This document shows, piece after piece, positions 9,414 through 18,910 of a stretch of DNA of 64,000 nucleotides; position 1 is the first letter of the stretch; each line of letters starts with the position of its first letter. The position numbers and the translations under genes are program-made. The DNA comes from Myxococcales bacterium (lineage in GTDB: Bacteria; Lernaellota; Lernaellaia; Lernaellales; Lernaellaceae). The stretch is taken from positions 13,701-77,700 of the forward strand of contig JAAYVF010000074.1 of the NCBI GenBank assembly GCA_012517325.1, given 5' to 3'. A model generated the notes under the pieces. The model had not been told where the DNA came from. It was given only the letters and a program-made list of their open reading frames with translations, and searched no databases.

Positions 9414-10055
9414 CTACATCATCCCCATATGATCGTCATCATGATGGTTGACATCACAATCGCCCCAATGGTGGTGATTGCCGTTGTCGGCATCTTGCCC
9501 GTCGTCCCACCAATTGGCGCACCGATCATGGAGTTCGCCCAGAAACCCGCGCATCAAGCCGACGTGTTCGGTACGGGCCGCGGCGCAAGTTTCCAGATCG
9601 GCCGATTCGGCGCACCGTTCGTGCAGATCGTTCAAAGCCTGCCGACAGCCGTCCAGGTCCAGCCGCATTTGATGCATGCGATCGCCGTCCATCATGTGCC
9701 CGCCCCACAGGCATGAACCCTCGACGTTGCCGGTCGCACCGCCGCCGGGTTCGCAATAGGCCGATTCCTTGCATTGATCGACCATGCGGTCATAAAGGGA
9801 ATCAAGCTCGTCCAGGTCGTCTCCGGCTTGGCGGTAATAGCCGTCGAACCCCGCCACCGGGCTTGTTTCAGCCCCGTATTGTGCCACTTTCTCATTCAGG
9901 CGGTTGATCGTCTGGAGGAACAATTGCTCGGTATCCGAGACGTAAACGTCCGAGCCCGAATCGGAATCCGCGGAATCGTCATCGGATGAATCGCACGCCA
10001 GAAACAGGAAGCCGGCGAGCAGCGCAAGAGAACCAGCGATAATCAGCAATCTCAT
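9414..10055 (-). CDS. His/Met/Cys-rich lipoprotein of unknown function
   Basis: ATG 10055; lipobox FLAC; short acidic linker; eight further Cys; C-terminus NHHHWGDCDVNHHDDDHMGMM. Confidence 0.75.
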   Translation of the reverse strand: MRLLIIAGSLALLAGFLFLACDSSDDDSADSDSGSDVYVSDTEQLFLQTINRLNEKVAQYGAETSPVAGFDGYYRQAGDDLDELDSLYDRMVDQCKESAYCEPGGGATGNVEGSCLWGGHMMDGDRMHQMRLDLDGCRQALNDLHERCAESADLETCAAARTEHVGLMRGFLGELHDRCANWWDDGQDADNGNHHHWGDCDVNHHDDDHMGMM

Positions 10056-10202
10056 TTTCCGCCCCTTTTTTATCGGCTTCATCCAATTCCTCGCCTAGAA
10101 TTTAATCACGGATCCAGATTGAAAGAGGACAAATCGACGCTGCTTTTATTTACGGCCAAAGTGCGACAAAATCGGGCGAATCTGCCGAAAGGGCGACCAA
10201 AA

Positions 10203-11186
10203 ATGAACAGGACATTCTGGCTGCTCATCCTCGCCGGCCTGCTGGTTTTTTCGTTTTCCTGCGACAGCGGCGACGATGATGACGACGATCCGGACGACAA
10301 CGATGACGATGATGCGGCCGGCGACGATGATAACGACAATGACGATAGCGCCGATGACGACGATATGACCGGCGACGATGATGACGACGACAACGATGAC
10401 GACAACGATGACAACGACAATGACGACAACGACGATTGGGACAACAGCCATCGGTGGGGATTCGTCGTCGTCGGCGAGGGTTTCGTTTCCTCGAACGTGA
10501 TCGGGACGGACTATTACAACTACGTTTCCGCGTCGTTCTCCGATCCGGCGGAAGCCGCCGGTTGGAATCCGCCCGTCGAAAGCGCGGGCGACTGTGATCG
10601 TTACTATTACGATTACGACAACAACCCGGATTACGACTACTACAACGGCGGAACGGTCACGGTGACCGGCGCGGCCGTTTCGCCGATCCACCTGAATCCC
10701 GTCGCCTATCTTTACGGGTATTACTATCAGGCCGATTACGACTCGACCGCCGTCGGCGACCTGTTCGGCCCGGGTGACACGATTCATTACTCCACCACCG
10801 GCAACGGTTCGATCCCGGCTTTTTCCGGGCAACTCGACGCGCCGGGAACGGTCACGGTGACGCAACCGGCGAATTTCGATTCGCTGATCAGCCTGCCGAC
10901 CGGCGACCTGACGCTGGCCTGGCAACCGGGCGACGGGAAGTGGGTGTCGGTCGCCATCACCACGGTGAAGAACAACCAGGCCCAATCGATCAGTTGCCTG
11001 GCCGACGACGAAGACGGGTCGCTCACCGTGCCCGCCTCGCTGATGGCTGATTTGTACGGCGATCCGCTGTCGTTTTCGGTCACCGTGACCCGCATCGCCG
11101 TGCAACGCGCTTCAGCGGGCGGCAAGGATCTCGATTTCGAGATCACGACCTATCGCGGGCGGAACTATCAAGCGACGGATCAATGA
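10203..11186 (+). CDS. Lipoprotein with long Asp-rich linker and beta-rich domain
   Basis: ATG 10203; signal ending SFSC; about 60-residue Asp/Asn tract; Tyr/Asp-rich segment; beta-strand-rich C-terminal domain. Confidence 0.8.
   Translation: MNRTFWLLILAGLLVFSFSCDSGDDDDDDPDDNDDDDAAGDDDNDNDDSADDDDMTGDDDDDDNDDDNDDNDNDDNDDWDNSHRWGFVVVGEGFVSSNVIGTDYYNYVSASFSDPAEAAGWNPPVESAGDCDRYYYDYDNNPDYDYYNGGTVTVTGAAVSPIHLNPVAYLYGYYYQADYDSTAVGDLFGPGDTIHYSTTGNGSIPAFSGQLDAPGTVTVTQPANFDSLISLPTGDLTLAWQPGDGKWVSVAITTVKNNQAQSISCLADDEDGSLTVPASLMADLYGDPLSFSVTVTRIAVQRASAGGKDLDFEITTYRGRNYQATDQ
10263..10445 (+). repeat. Asp-rich low-complexity coding tract
   Basis: Mixed GAC/GAT/AAC/AAT codons immediately after the lipid-Cys. 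Confidence 0.9.
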
Positions 11187-12274
11187 ACCCGGACCGGACG
11201 ATGAAAACGGCGCCAGCCGATTCGAAACGGGCCGCGCGCCGGTGGTGGCCGGCGATTGTATTCGGCTTGCTTCTGCTGGCTGCGCCGGCGCGAAGCGGTG
11301 AACTGTTCCAGACCGGTTATCGGCCGCTGGACCCGCTGGCACCACTTTCGCCCCTCCGTTCCACCCTGGCCGGCGCGCCACGTTTTCACCTTACCGTCCG
11401 CGCCGATCTGGCCGTGCAACGCAATCCCAAACATGAGCCGCTGCACGTTTATCTGCCCCTGCCCGCCGACGCGCCCTATCAACAGATTCACTGGTTCCGG
11501 TTACAACCGGAACCGGCGGAAATCCGCCAGACACGCGACGGTTATCGGATCGCGGTCTGGGACTGCGGTCGGCCGGCGCCCGGGACGGCGATCGACATCG
11601 TTTACGAAGCGGAAGCCAGCCTGGGCCGGATCGAATGGGAGATCGAGCCGAACAACGCCGGCGTACTCGGCGAAATCCCGCCGGCTATCACGCGGGAATA
11701 CCTTGCGGACCGGGAATCTTACGCTCTGCAAAATCCGCTGGTGATTCAGGCGGCTCGGGAAGCGGCCGGCGACAACCAGAACCCGCTGGCGATCTTGCGC
11801 GGTGTCGTCCGGACCGTAAAGAAGCGGCTTTCCTACCGGCTCGACAACGTGAAAAACGACGCCGGCGCGACTCTGGCCCAGGGCCATGGATCCTGCACCG
11901 AGTATGCTTTCGCGATGATCGCCCTGGCCCGCCGCAGCGGCTTGCCGGCCCGTTACGTCGCCGGCCTTCACGCGCGCCCGGTCGTTCCCGCCGCCGCCAA
12001 ACTGCATAAGGCGAACCACAAAATCGTCGAATTCTATCTGCCGCGCTACGGCTGGCTGCCCGTCGACACCACCAAAGCTTCGCTGAAATTCGACGACCCG
12101 AAGGGAAAAATCACCGGCCGGATCGATCGGACGATGATCTATTTCACGCACGAGCCCGAGGCCGACGCCGCGCCGCTCGATCCCCGCGTCCATCTGTTCA
12201 CCGCCACCTCGGGCGAACCCGATTCCGCTTTACTAATTAAAAAGCGCTCGACCGTTACCTGGGAAAAGAAGTAA
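11183..12274 (+). CDS. Exported transglutaminase-like (Cys-His-Asp) protein
   Basis: GHGSCTEYAFAMIALARRSGLPARYVAG (catalytic Cys), NHKIVEFY (His) and GWLPVDTT (Asp); N-terminal signal ending APARS; start overlaps the upstream stop. Confidence 0.85.
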   Translation: MNPDRTMKTAPADSKRAARRWWPAIVFGLLLLAAPARSGELFQTGYRPLDPLAPLSPLRSTLAGAPRFHLTVRADLAVQRNPKHEPLHVYLPLPADAPYQQIHWFRLQPEPAEIRQTRDGYRIAVWDCGRPAPGTAIDIVYEAEASLGRIEWEIEPNNAGVLGEIPPAITREYLADRESYALQNPLVIQAAREAAGDNQNPLAILRGVVRTVKKRLSYRLDNVKNDAGATLAQGHGSCTEYAFAMIALARRSGLPARYVAGLHARPVVPAAAKLHKANHKIVEFYLPRYGWLPVDTTKASLKFDDPKGKITGRIDRTMIYFTHEPEADAAPLDPRVHLFTATSGEPDSALLIKKRSTVTWEKK

Positions 12275-12420
12275 ATTTTCAAATCCCCAGTTGTTTCCCT
12301 AACCGGCGTCGAGTTTTTTGTTTTTCTTGCCTAACGAAAAAAACCGCGATACGATGAATCATCGTTTTTTCTGGCAAATTGATGGCCAACAGGCATTTTT
12401 TCGCTGACGGGAGGCGCGTC

Positions 12421-12729
12421 ATGATCGTCACCGGCGTCGAAATTTTCGTCAAAAGCGAGTTCGTCGAGCTGTTTATCGCCGCCACGCGCGCCAACCACGA
12501 AGGCGCGATCGCGGAACCCGGCAACCTGCGGTTCGACGTGCTGCAGGCCAAGGACGATCCCACGCGCTTTTTCCTTTACGAAGCCTACGAATCCGAAGCG
12601 GCGGCAAAGGCACACAAGGAAACGCCGCATTATCTGAAATGGCGAGACACCGTGGCCGACTGGATGGCGCAACCGCGGGTCGGCACGCCCTATCGCGTGC
12701 TGTTCCCACCCGACGCAAGTCACTGGTAG
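12421..12729 (+). CDS. ABM-family (LsrG-like) putative monooxygenase/isomerase
   Basis: EPGNLRFDVLQ, FFLYEAY, AHKETPHYLKWRDTVADWMAQPR; GGGAGG RBS before ATG 12421. Confidence 0.85.
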   Translation: MIVTGVEIFVKSEFVELFIAATRANHEGAIAEPGNLRFDVLQAKDDPTRFFLYEAYESEAAAKAHKETPHYLKWRDTVADWMAQPRVGTPYRVLFPPDASHW

Positions 12730-12768
12730 CGCCGCCCGACGGTCCGCGCGGCAACCGGGGAGGACGCG

Positions 12769-13893
12769 ATGCGGATCGAGTTGGATGCAAGCGGTTCGGT
12801 CGAGGGATTGGGGCAACTGATCCAAACGGTCGCGGCCGATCCTCGCACCCAGGGTTTGCTCATTCTGGCCGGCGACGATAATCAATTTACGCCGGAACAG
12901 GTCGACCCGTTGCTGCTCCAGACGACCTTGCCGTTGTTCGGCGGCGTTTTTCCGGGCATCATCTACGGCCGCAACAAGCTGATGCGGGGAACCATCGTCG
13001 CCGGGCTGCCCAAGCCGCCGAAGGTGCACGTGATCGCCGGCCTGAGCGACATGGACACCAACTACGACGACCTGATCGACGAGCGAATCCGCGAGATCGA
13101 TAAAACACGGACGATGTTCGTCTTCGTCGACGGTCTGGCCCGCCGCATCAGCGCCCTGATCGACGGCCTCTTCAACGTCTTTGGCCTGGAATTCAATTAC
13201 CTGGGCGGCGGCGCCGGCTCGCTCAGCCTGAAGCAAAAACCCTGCCTGTTCACCAATCGCGGCCTGCTGGCCGATTGCGCCGTGCTGGCCCTGTCGGAAC
13301 TGGAGAGCGGCATCGGCGTCGCCCACGGCTGGCGGGCGATCGGCGGCCCGTTTTCGGTCACCGAGTCGGACCGCAACATCATCCGCTCGCTCGATTGGCG
13401 CCCGGCGTTCGACATCTACAAAGACCTGGTTGAAAAAAGTGCGCGGGTGAAAATCACCGACGTCAACTTTTTCGACATCGCCAAGTACCACCCCTTTGGC
13501 ATCAGCAAGATCGGCACGGAGCGCGTGATCCGCGACCCGCTGCGCAAATTGGAGGACGGTTCGCTGGTTTGCGTCGGCGAGGTGCCGCCGCAAGCCCTGG
13601 TCGACGTCATGACCGGCGACGTCAACAGCCTGGTGGACGCGGCGGGAATGGCCCTGAACCTGAGCCTGGATTCCTACCGGGGCCCGGAAGCCGCCGAACG
13701 CACCGTGCTGTTCATCGACTGCATTTCCCGCGTGCTGTGCATGCAAAACGAATTCGAGCAGGAGTTGGAAGCCGTCCACCTGCGCGATACGCCGATGATC
13801 GGCGCGCTGACGATCGGTGAAATCGCCAACAGCGGCAAGGACTATCTGGAATTCTACAACAAGACGGCCGTGATCGGCGTGCTGGAGAGTTGA
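12769..13893 (+). CDS. FIST (NosP-like) sensory domain protein
   Basis: [53 protein letters not shown] and FYNKTAV: FIST_N plus FIST_C pattern. Confidence 0.88.
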   Translation: MRIELDASGSVEGLGQLIQTVAADPRTQGLLILAGDDNQFTPEQVDPLLLQTTLPLFGGVFPGIIYGRNKLMRGTIVAGLPKPPKVHVIAGLSDMDTNYDDLIDERIREIDKTRTMFVFVDGLARRISALIDGLFNVFGLEFNYLGGGAGSLSLKQKPCLFTNRGLLADCAVLALSELESGIGVAHGWRAIGGPFSVTESDRNIIRSLDWRPAFDIYKDLVEKSARVKITDVNFFDIAKYHPFGISKIGTERVIRDPLRKLEDGSLVCVGEVPPQALVDVMTGDVNSLVDAAGMALNLSLDSYRGPEAAERTVLFIDCISRVLCMQNEFEQELEAVHLRDTPMIGALTIGEIANSGKDYLEFYNKTAVIGVLES

Positions 13894-15983
13894 TGGAACG
13901 CTTCGCCAAACAGATCCGCAGTTTGCTGTACGAAGTGGCGATGAACACCGGTACCAGCCTGAGCCTGCGGCCAATGCTGCGGCAAAGCCTGTCCACGCTG
14001 ATGCGCAAACTGAATTGCTCGGCCGGCTGCATCTACCGCTTCCGGCCGGAAACGCCGCCGAGCGCCGCCGAAATGGTTTTTTCGATTCCGCGAAAAATCA
14101 GCCACCAGCGCGCCCTGGAAGCCGCCGAAAGCCTGATCCCCTCGCTGCCCGTCGGTTCCACCGAGCCGCTGGTCGGCAGTGTGGGCGACGAAGCCTTTTT
14201 CTATCTCCTACCCCTGCCCGCGTTCGGCTTGATGGTATTGTTGAAAAACGGCGACCCCCTTCATCCGTTGATTCTGAAAGCGATCGCGCCGCTGCTGGAG
14301 CGTCTGGCCGAGGCCGCGCAAGCTTGCCTGCAAAGCGAGGGCCTGCGACAGGCGCACGACGAACTCGAATTGCGCGTCGCCGAGCGGACGGCCGAACTGG
14401 CGCGGATCAACGAGGAACTGCGCCACGAAATTTCCGAACGCCGCCGGGTGGAAGCGGAAATCATTCAGGCCAAACAGCAGGCCGAGACCTCGAATCGGGC
14501 GAAGAGCGAATTTCTGGCCAACATGAGCCACGAACTGCGAACGCCACTCAACGCGATCATCGGTTTTTCGGAAATCCTCGAACTGCAGATGATCGGCGGC
14601 CTCAACGACAAACAACAATCCTACATCCACAACATCGTCCTCAGCGGACGCCACTTGCTGCAACTGATCGACGACATTCTCGATCTTTCGAAGGTCGAGG
14701 CCGGCCGCATGATTTTGGATTACGCCGAATTGAATCCGCGCCAGACGCTGGAAACCTGTCTGGAACTCGTCGGCGAAAAAGCCGCCGAGCACCGGCTGCG
14801 ACTGTCGCTCGAAGTGGCGGCCGAGCTGGCGGATCACCCGTTCCGCGCCGATGAACGAAAATTCAAGCAAATCCTGTTCAACCTGCTGTCCAATGCCATC
14901 AAATTCACCCCCGAAGGCGGCGCAATCGTCGTCCGGGCTTTTCGCGAACCGGACCGGACCGTCTTCGAGGTGTCCGACAACGGCATCGGCATCGCGCCGG
15001 CCGACCAGGAACGGATCTTCCGCGAATTCGAACAGGTCGATTCGTCAGCCGCCAAAAAAACGCCCGGCACCGGATTGGGCCTGGCGCTGACGAAAAAGTT
15101 GGTCGAATTGCACGGCGGCCGGATCACCGTGCACAGCGAGGGCGACAACCGCGGCAGCCGGTTCACCTTCTTCCTGCCGGATCGGAGCACAGAGCCGGCG
15201 GCGGCGCCGGCCGCGGCCATTCCGCTGCCGCCACCCACCGGCCTGCCGGGACAACCGCTGGTGCTGGTCGTGGAAGACGATCCGCAAACCTGCCACCTGC
15301 TCGTGCACTATTTGCAAGAGGGCGGATACGCCACCGCGTGTGCAATTCAGGGCGACGAAGTCTTGCCCCTGGCCCGGCGCCTGCGGCCCGCCGCCATCAC
15401 CCTCGACATGCGTCTGCCGAAAAAGAACGGCATGAACGTTCTCGAGGAATTGAAGGCGCACCCCGAAACGAAAAACATCCCGGTGCTCATCGTTTCGGTG
15501 GCCGAAAAGGAACAACGCGCCATTCAACTGGGGGCGATCGAGTGGCTGGTGAAGCCGATTCGGAAGGAACAATTGCTGGCGCTGCTGGATCAATTCGGCC
15601 GCCAGGAGCACCTCGCCATCCGCGGTATTTTATTGATCAGCGACGATCCGACGGCCGCCGCCTTGTTGGCCGAGAGCCTGATCGCCCGCGAATACCGGGT
15701 CTGGACCGCGCAGGATCTCGTCGGCGGACGCGAAGTGGCGCGGCGGACGCGCCCCGATCTGATCCTGTTCGATCTCGCGACGCCGATCATGACCAGCCTG
15801 GAAGCAGTCGAGCAGCTTCGCGCGATCCCGGAGACGAAAGGCATTCCGACAGTCATTTTCACGGCCCACTCGCTGACGGAGGAAAAGAAAAAATTTCTTT
15901 CCATGCTGTCGGAAAGCATCGTGCCGCACGCCGACGGCGTGCCGCTGCTGAAAAAACTGGCGGATTTGTCCAAGCCCGGGTGA
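13893..15983 (+). CDS. Hybrid sensor histidine kinase with two receiver domains
   Basis: H-box [17 protein letters not shown]-box [11 protein letters not shown]-boxes DNGIGI and GTGLGLAL; REC1 (VEDD...LDMRLP...KP) and a second, partly degenerate REC. TGATG overlap with the FIST gene. Confidence 0.93.
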   Translation: MERFAKQIRSLLYEVAMNTGTSLSLRPMLRQSLSTLMRKLNCSAGCIYRFRPETPPSAAEMVFSIPRKISHQRALEAAESLIPSLPVGSTEPLVGSVGDEAFFYLLPLPAFGLMVLLKNGDPLHPLILKAIAPLLERLAEAAQACLQSEGLRQAHDELELRVAERTAELARINEELRHEISERRRVEAEIIQAKQQAETSNRAKSEFLANMSHELRTPLNAIIGFSEILELQMIGGLNDKQQSYIHNIVLSGRHLLQLIDDILDLSKVEAGRMILDYAELNPRQTLETCLELVGEKAAEHRLRLSLEVAAELADHPFRADERKFKQILFNLLSNAIKFTPEGGAIVVRAFREPDRTVFEVSDNGIGIAPADQERIFREFEQVDSSAAKKTPGTGLGLALTKKLVELHGGRITVHSEGDNRGSRFTFFLPDRSTEPAAAPAAAIPLPPPTGLPGQPLVLVVEDDPQTCHLLVHYLQEGGYATACAIQGDEVLPLARRLRPAAITLDMRLPKKNGMNVLEELKAHPETKNIPVLIVSVAEKEQRAIQLGAIEWLVKPIRKEQLLALLDQFGRQEHLAIRGILLISDDPTAAALLAESLIAREYRVWTAQDLVGGREVARRTRPDLILFDLATPIMTSLEAVEQLRAIPETKGIPTVIFTAHSLTEEKKKFLSMLSESIVPHADGVPLLKKLADLSKPG

Positions 15984-15985
15984 AC

Positions 15986-17368
15986 TCAACAACCGCAAGC
16001 GTCGTCGTCTGCACCGGCTGAAGACTTCTGCGCGGGCGACGATGTGTCGTCATCATCGGCCTGGGTGTCGTCATCGTCGTCCGGCGTGTCGTCATCGGAG
16101 GTATCGTTGTCGTCGTCATCGTCCGCGCCGGAATCATCATCGTCGTCGGTGGCGGCCTCGACGGTGAACGCCCCGGCCAACGAGGCTTGCTGGCCCAGCG
16201 AACCTACCAGCACCAGATCGTAAACGCCGGCCGGAATCGTCGCGGGTAACTGGGCTGTCGCCTCGGCGGCGGAAAGCACCGTCACTTGTTCGAGCGAAAT
16301 CAAATCGCCGCCGGCTACCGTGAAATAGGCCTGCACATCGGCTTCGAAACCTTGACCAGAAATGCTCACCGCCGTTGCGGCCGAACCCGCTGCCGGCTCG
16401 ATTTTTTCCGGGGTCGGCACGCAAGTCCGCCAGAGTTGCACGGTGCGCGATCCGTCCGGTTCGTCCGAACGGCAGCCGCCCGCCAGCACCACCCCGTACC
16501 CCGGCAAATACGCGGCGGCGGGAGCCACCAGCGCCCGAGCGATCTGCGTTCCCGTATCGCTCCATTGAGCGGAAAAATAATTTTCGTCGCCGCTTTGGAG
16601 TTCCTGCCAGCCATTGCCGCCCGCCGTCAGCCAAAGCAACTCGCCGGCCGCGATCAACGCCGGCCGGTTGCGCCCCAGCGGCGAATCGACGATTTCGTAC
16701 GTGTCGGCTTGCGGATCGTAAGCGAAGGTCGACGAATCCTGCATCCACCCGCCGGTGAGGTAAATCGATCCCTGCAGCGTCGCGGCGGCGCCGTAGACCT
16801 TCCCGGCGGGCAACGGCGCGATCGCCGTCCATTGATCGGCACCGGGGTCGTACACATAGGCGGCGGTCACCGCGGTCAAGCCATCGGAAGTGCCGCCGAA
16901 ACAATAGAGGCGCCACTCATGCTCGGCGCACATCACTCCGGCGATCGGGATCGGATAGGGAGTCACGATTTCCCACTCGTCCGCGTCCACCGCATAACGA
17001 AAAACGGTCGAGACGATTCCGTCATTGAACCCCCCGACCGAAAAAAGGTGGTCCTCGACCGCGGCGTTGCCGAAATCGCTTTTCGCAAAAGGCAGGTCGG
17101 CGCACCAGGACCAGGTTGCGAGATCCGGATCGAAGACCTGGCAGTCCGAACGATAGGTTGGCTCCGCGTTATCCACTCCGCCGAAAAGGTAAAATTTCCC
17201 CTCCGCCACCGCACCGCCGGCTCCGTATCGTTCGTTGGTGAATGAGGGCCAGTCGGATTGCCAGCCGATCGTGCAGAAATCGGCACTCGCCGCCGTCGGA
17301 CCGCCGAAACGGAAGCACGCCAGGAACAGCGCGATCCCGATGATTGCGGCGAAACGGCGATCGGTCAT
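15986..17368 (-). CDS. Exported Kelch-repeat propeller + IPT/TIG domain protein with Asp-rich tail ending in CGC
   Basis: Six GG-containing Kelch blades (YLFGG, FSVGG, YCFGG, YLTGG, LTAGG, VLAGG); TIG-like PTPEKIEP...SISGQGF; tail ...DDDACGC-stop. Confidence 0.85.
   Translation of the reverse strand: MTDRRFAAIIGIALFLACFRFGGPTAASADFCTIGWQSDWPSFTNERYGAGGAVAEGKFYLFGGVDNAEPTYRSDCQVFDPDLATWSWCADLPFAKSDFGNAAVEDHLFSVGGFNDGIVSTVFRYAVDADEWEIVTPYPIPIAGVMCAEHEWRLYCFGGTSDGLTAVTAAYVYDPGADQWTAIAPLPAGKVYGAAATLQGSIYLTGGWMQDSSTFAYDPQADTYEIVDSPLGRNRPALIAAGELLWLTAGGNGWQELQSGDENYFSAQWSDTGTQIARALVAPAAAYLPGYGVVLAGGCRSDEPDGSRTVQLWRTCVPTPEKIEPAAGSAATAVSISGQGFEADVQAYFTVAGGDLISLEQVTVLSAAEATAQLPATIPAGVYDLVLVGSLGQQASLAGAFTVEAATDDDDDSGADDDDDNDTSDDDTPDDDDDTQADDDDTSSPAQKSSAGADDDACGC
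16047..16147 (-). repeat. Asp-rich low-complexity coding tract
   Basis: Encodes DDDDDSGADDDDDNDTSDDDTPDDDDDTQADDDD before the CGC terminus. Confidence 0.9.
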
Positions 17369-17461
17369 GGGTTCCCCTTTTCAGGAAGATCTGGTGAACG
17401 GTTTTTACCATAATGTGAATAACCTGAACAAGAAGGAACTCGGGGGCGGCCAATGGCGCCG

Positions 17462-17490
17462 AAAAAAGGCAACCCCGTTCGGGTTGCCTT
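17462..17490 (-). terminator. Intrinsic terminator after the lipoprotein gene at 17520-18215
   Basis: Minus strand: AAGGCAACCC-GAACG-GGGTTGCCTT-TTTT, a perfect 10 bp stem followed by a U-tract. Confidence 0.8.
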
Positions 17491-17519
17491 ATCGGTTTCG
17501 CGAAGCGCGCTTCGGCGCA

Positions 17520-18215
17520 TCAAAGAGGCGTGAAAACGATGTCGAAGGAAGTACGCAGTTTGATTTCCAAATCCGGGTCCAGGCTCTCGATGCCGTGCGT
17601 CGGGACATTCAGCCGCAGGCAGAAGGCGAAGGGCGCGTCGAAATCGAGCATCTGCTCGCCCAACTTCTCCTGGCCCTTGGGCGAGAAATCGGCGTTCGCC
17701 CAATCGCTGACGTTCGTGCCGGCCGGGATGTCGACCGAAGCGACCAGATCGCTGTTGGCCAGCGAATCCGGCTCGACGATTCGCCACATCAGGGAGTCGA
17801 TTCCCAGGTCATCGAGATTGACCCCACCGCGCAAGCCCATCGCCGGCGGCAGGGTCTCCACCATGAACAGGTCCAACGTGCCGCCCTGGCTGATGTTGTC
17901 CCGAATCTTGGATTGGATGTTCTTGACGTTGATTTCGCTGATGTTGCCTTTCACCGTTTCCCACATATCGGCGTAGTCGGTGACCGACATCAAATCGTTG
18001 ATGCTTAACGCCTCGGCATAGCAGACGGCCGTCAAGGAATAATCCTGATAGGCCAGGGCGAAAAGCGGCGTCCAATCCTCGGTGATATCCAAGGTGAACG
18101 ATTCCGTTTTTTTCGTCTTATCATTGATTTCGTCCTTGATCGTATCGCAAGCCGCGAGGCTTAAAAATAAAACGACCGCCCAAATCAACCAAGCTCGATG
18201 GATCGGGGATTTCAT
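17520..18215 (-). CDS. Lipoprotein of unknown function
   Basis: ATG 18215 after a GAGGGAGGA RBS; lipobox LAAC; terminator downstream. Confidence 0.8.
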   Translation of the reverse strand: MKSPIHRAWLIWAVVLFLSLAACDTIKDEINDKTKKTESFTLDITEDWTPLFALAYQDYSLTAVCYAEALSINDLMSVTDYADMWETVKGNISEINVKNIQSKIRDNISQGGTLDLFMVETLPPAMGLRGGVNLDDLGIDSLMWRIVEPDSLANSDLVASVDIPAGTNVSDWANADFSPKGQEKLGEQMLDFDAPFAFCLRLNVPTHGIESLDPDLEIKLRTSFDIVFTPL

Positions 18216-18432
18216 CAAATCCTCCCTCGGTTAAATCGTTGATGCCGACCCGCCGCTTAATAATAAAGCGAACCAGGGCTTCTGGCTAGGGGTTTTCCGC
18301 GGCGGACGCAAAACCCGGCTTTCAGCTTGCGAAAACCGGACAAAGGCGGAAGAATTTTTCCGTGGGAGCTGTTTTTCATCGACTTGTTATGAGAATTTAC
18401 CGAATAAACCTGAGTAACACCTGGGGATAAAC

Positions 18433-18903
18433 ATGAAGGTCGACTACGTCAATCCTTTCCTGAACGGGATTCTCAACGTGCTCGCCACCATGGCGATGAT
18501 CGAGGCGGTTCCCGGCAAGCCCTACTTGAAAACCGGCGAAACCGCCAAAGGCGAGGTGACGGGATTGATCGGTCTGGCCAGTCCGGAATTGAAAGGATCG
18601 TTGGCGATCAATTTCACCAAGGGCGCGATCCTGAGAATCGCCGAGGCGATGCTCGGCGAGCATTTGACCGAAATCGATGCTACCGCCCTGGATGTCGCGG
18701 GCGAAATCACCAACATGGTTACCGGCGGCGCCAAACGCGAATTGTCCGAAAAAGGCTACAAGTTCGACATGGCCCTGCCGACCATCGTCAACGGCATCGA
18801 ACACTGCATTTCGCACGGCACCAAGGCGCCGACGATCGTCGTCCCTTTCACGATCGAAAGCGCGGGCGAATTCTACGTCGAGGTCAGTTTCGAGGAGCGC
18901 TGA
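18433..18903 (+). CDS. cheX: Chemotaxis phosphatase CheX
   Basis: YVNPFLNG, GEVTGLIGL, GSLAINF and GEITNMVTGGAK (E-x2-N phosphatase motif), then LPTIVNG. Confidence 0.92.
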   Translation: MKVDYVNPFLNGILNVLATMAMIEAVPGKPYLKTGETAKGEVTGLIGLASPELKGSLAINFTKGAILRIAEAMLGEHLTEIDATALDVAGEITNMVTGGAKRELSEKGYKFDMALPTIVNGIEHCISHGTKAPTIVVPFTIESAGEFYVEVSFEER

Positions 18904-18910
18904 CCCGCGC

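Noticed and set aside
17351-17368. Treating the Kelch protein as a plain lipoprotein (FLAC at residues 15-18)
   Set aside because: The call is ambiguous: an SPase I site (AASA-DF) follows and the residues after the Cys are atypical for a lipoprotein. It was left as exported; a SignalP-type prediction is needed. Coordinates mark the start of the signal peptide.
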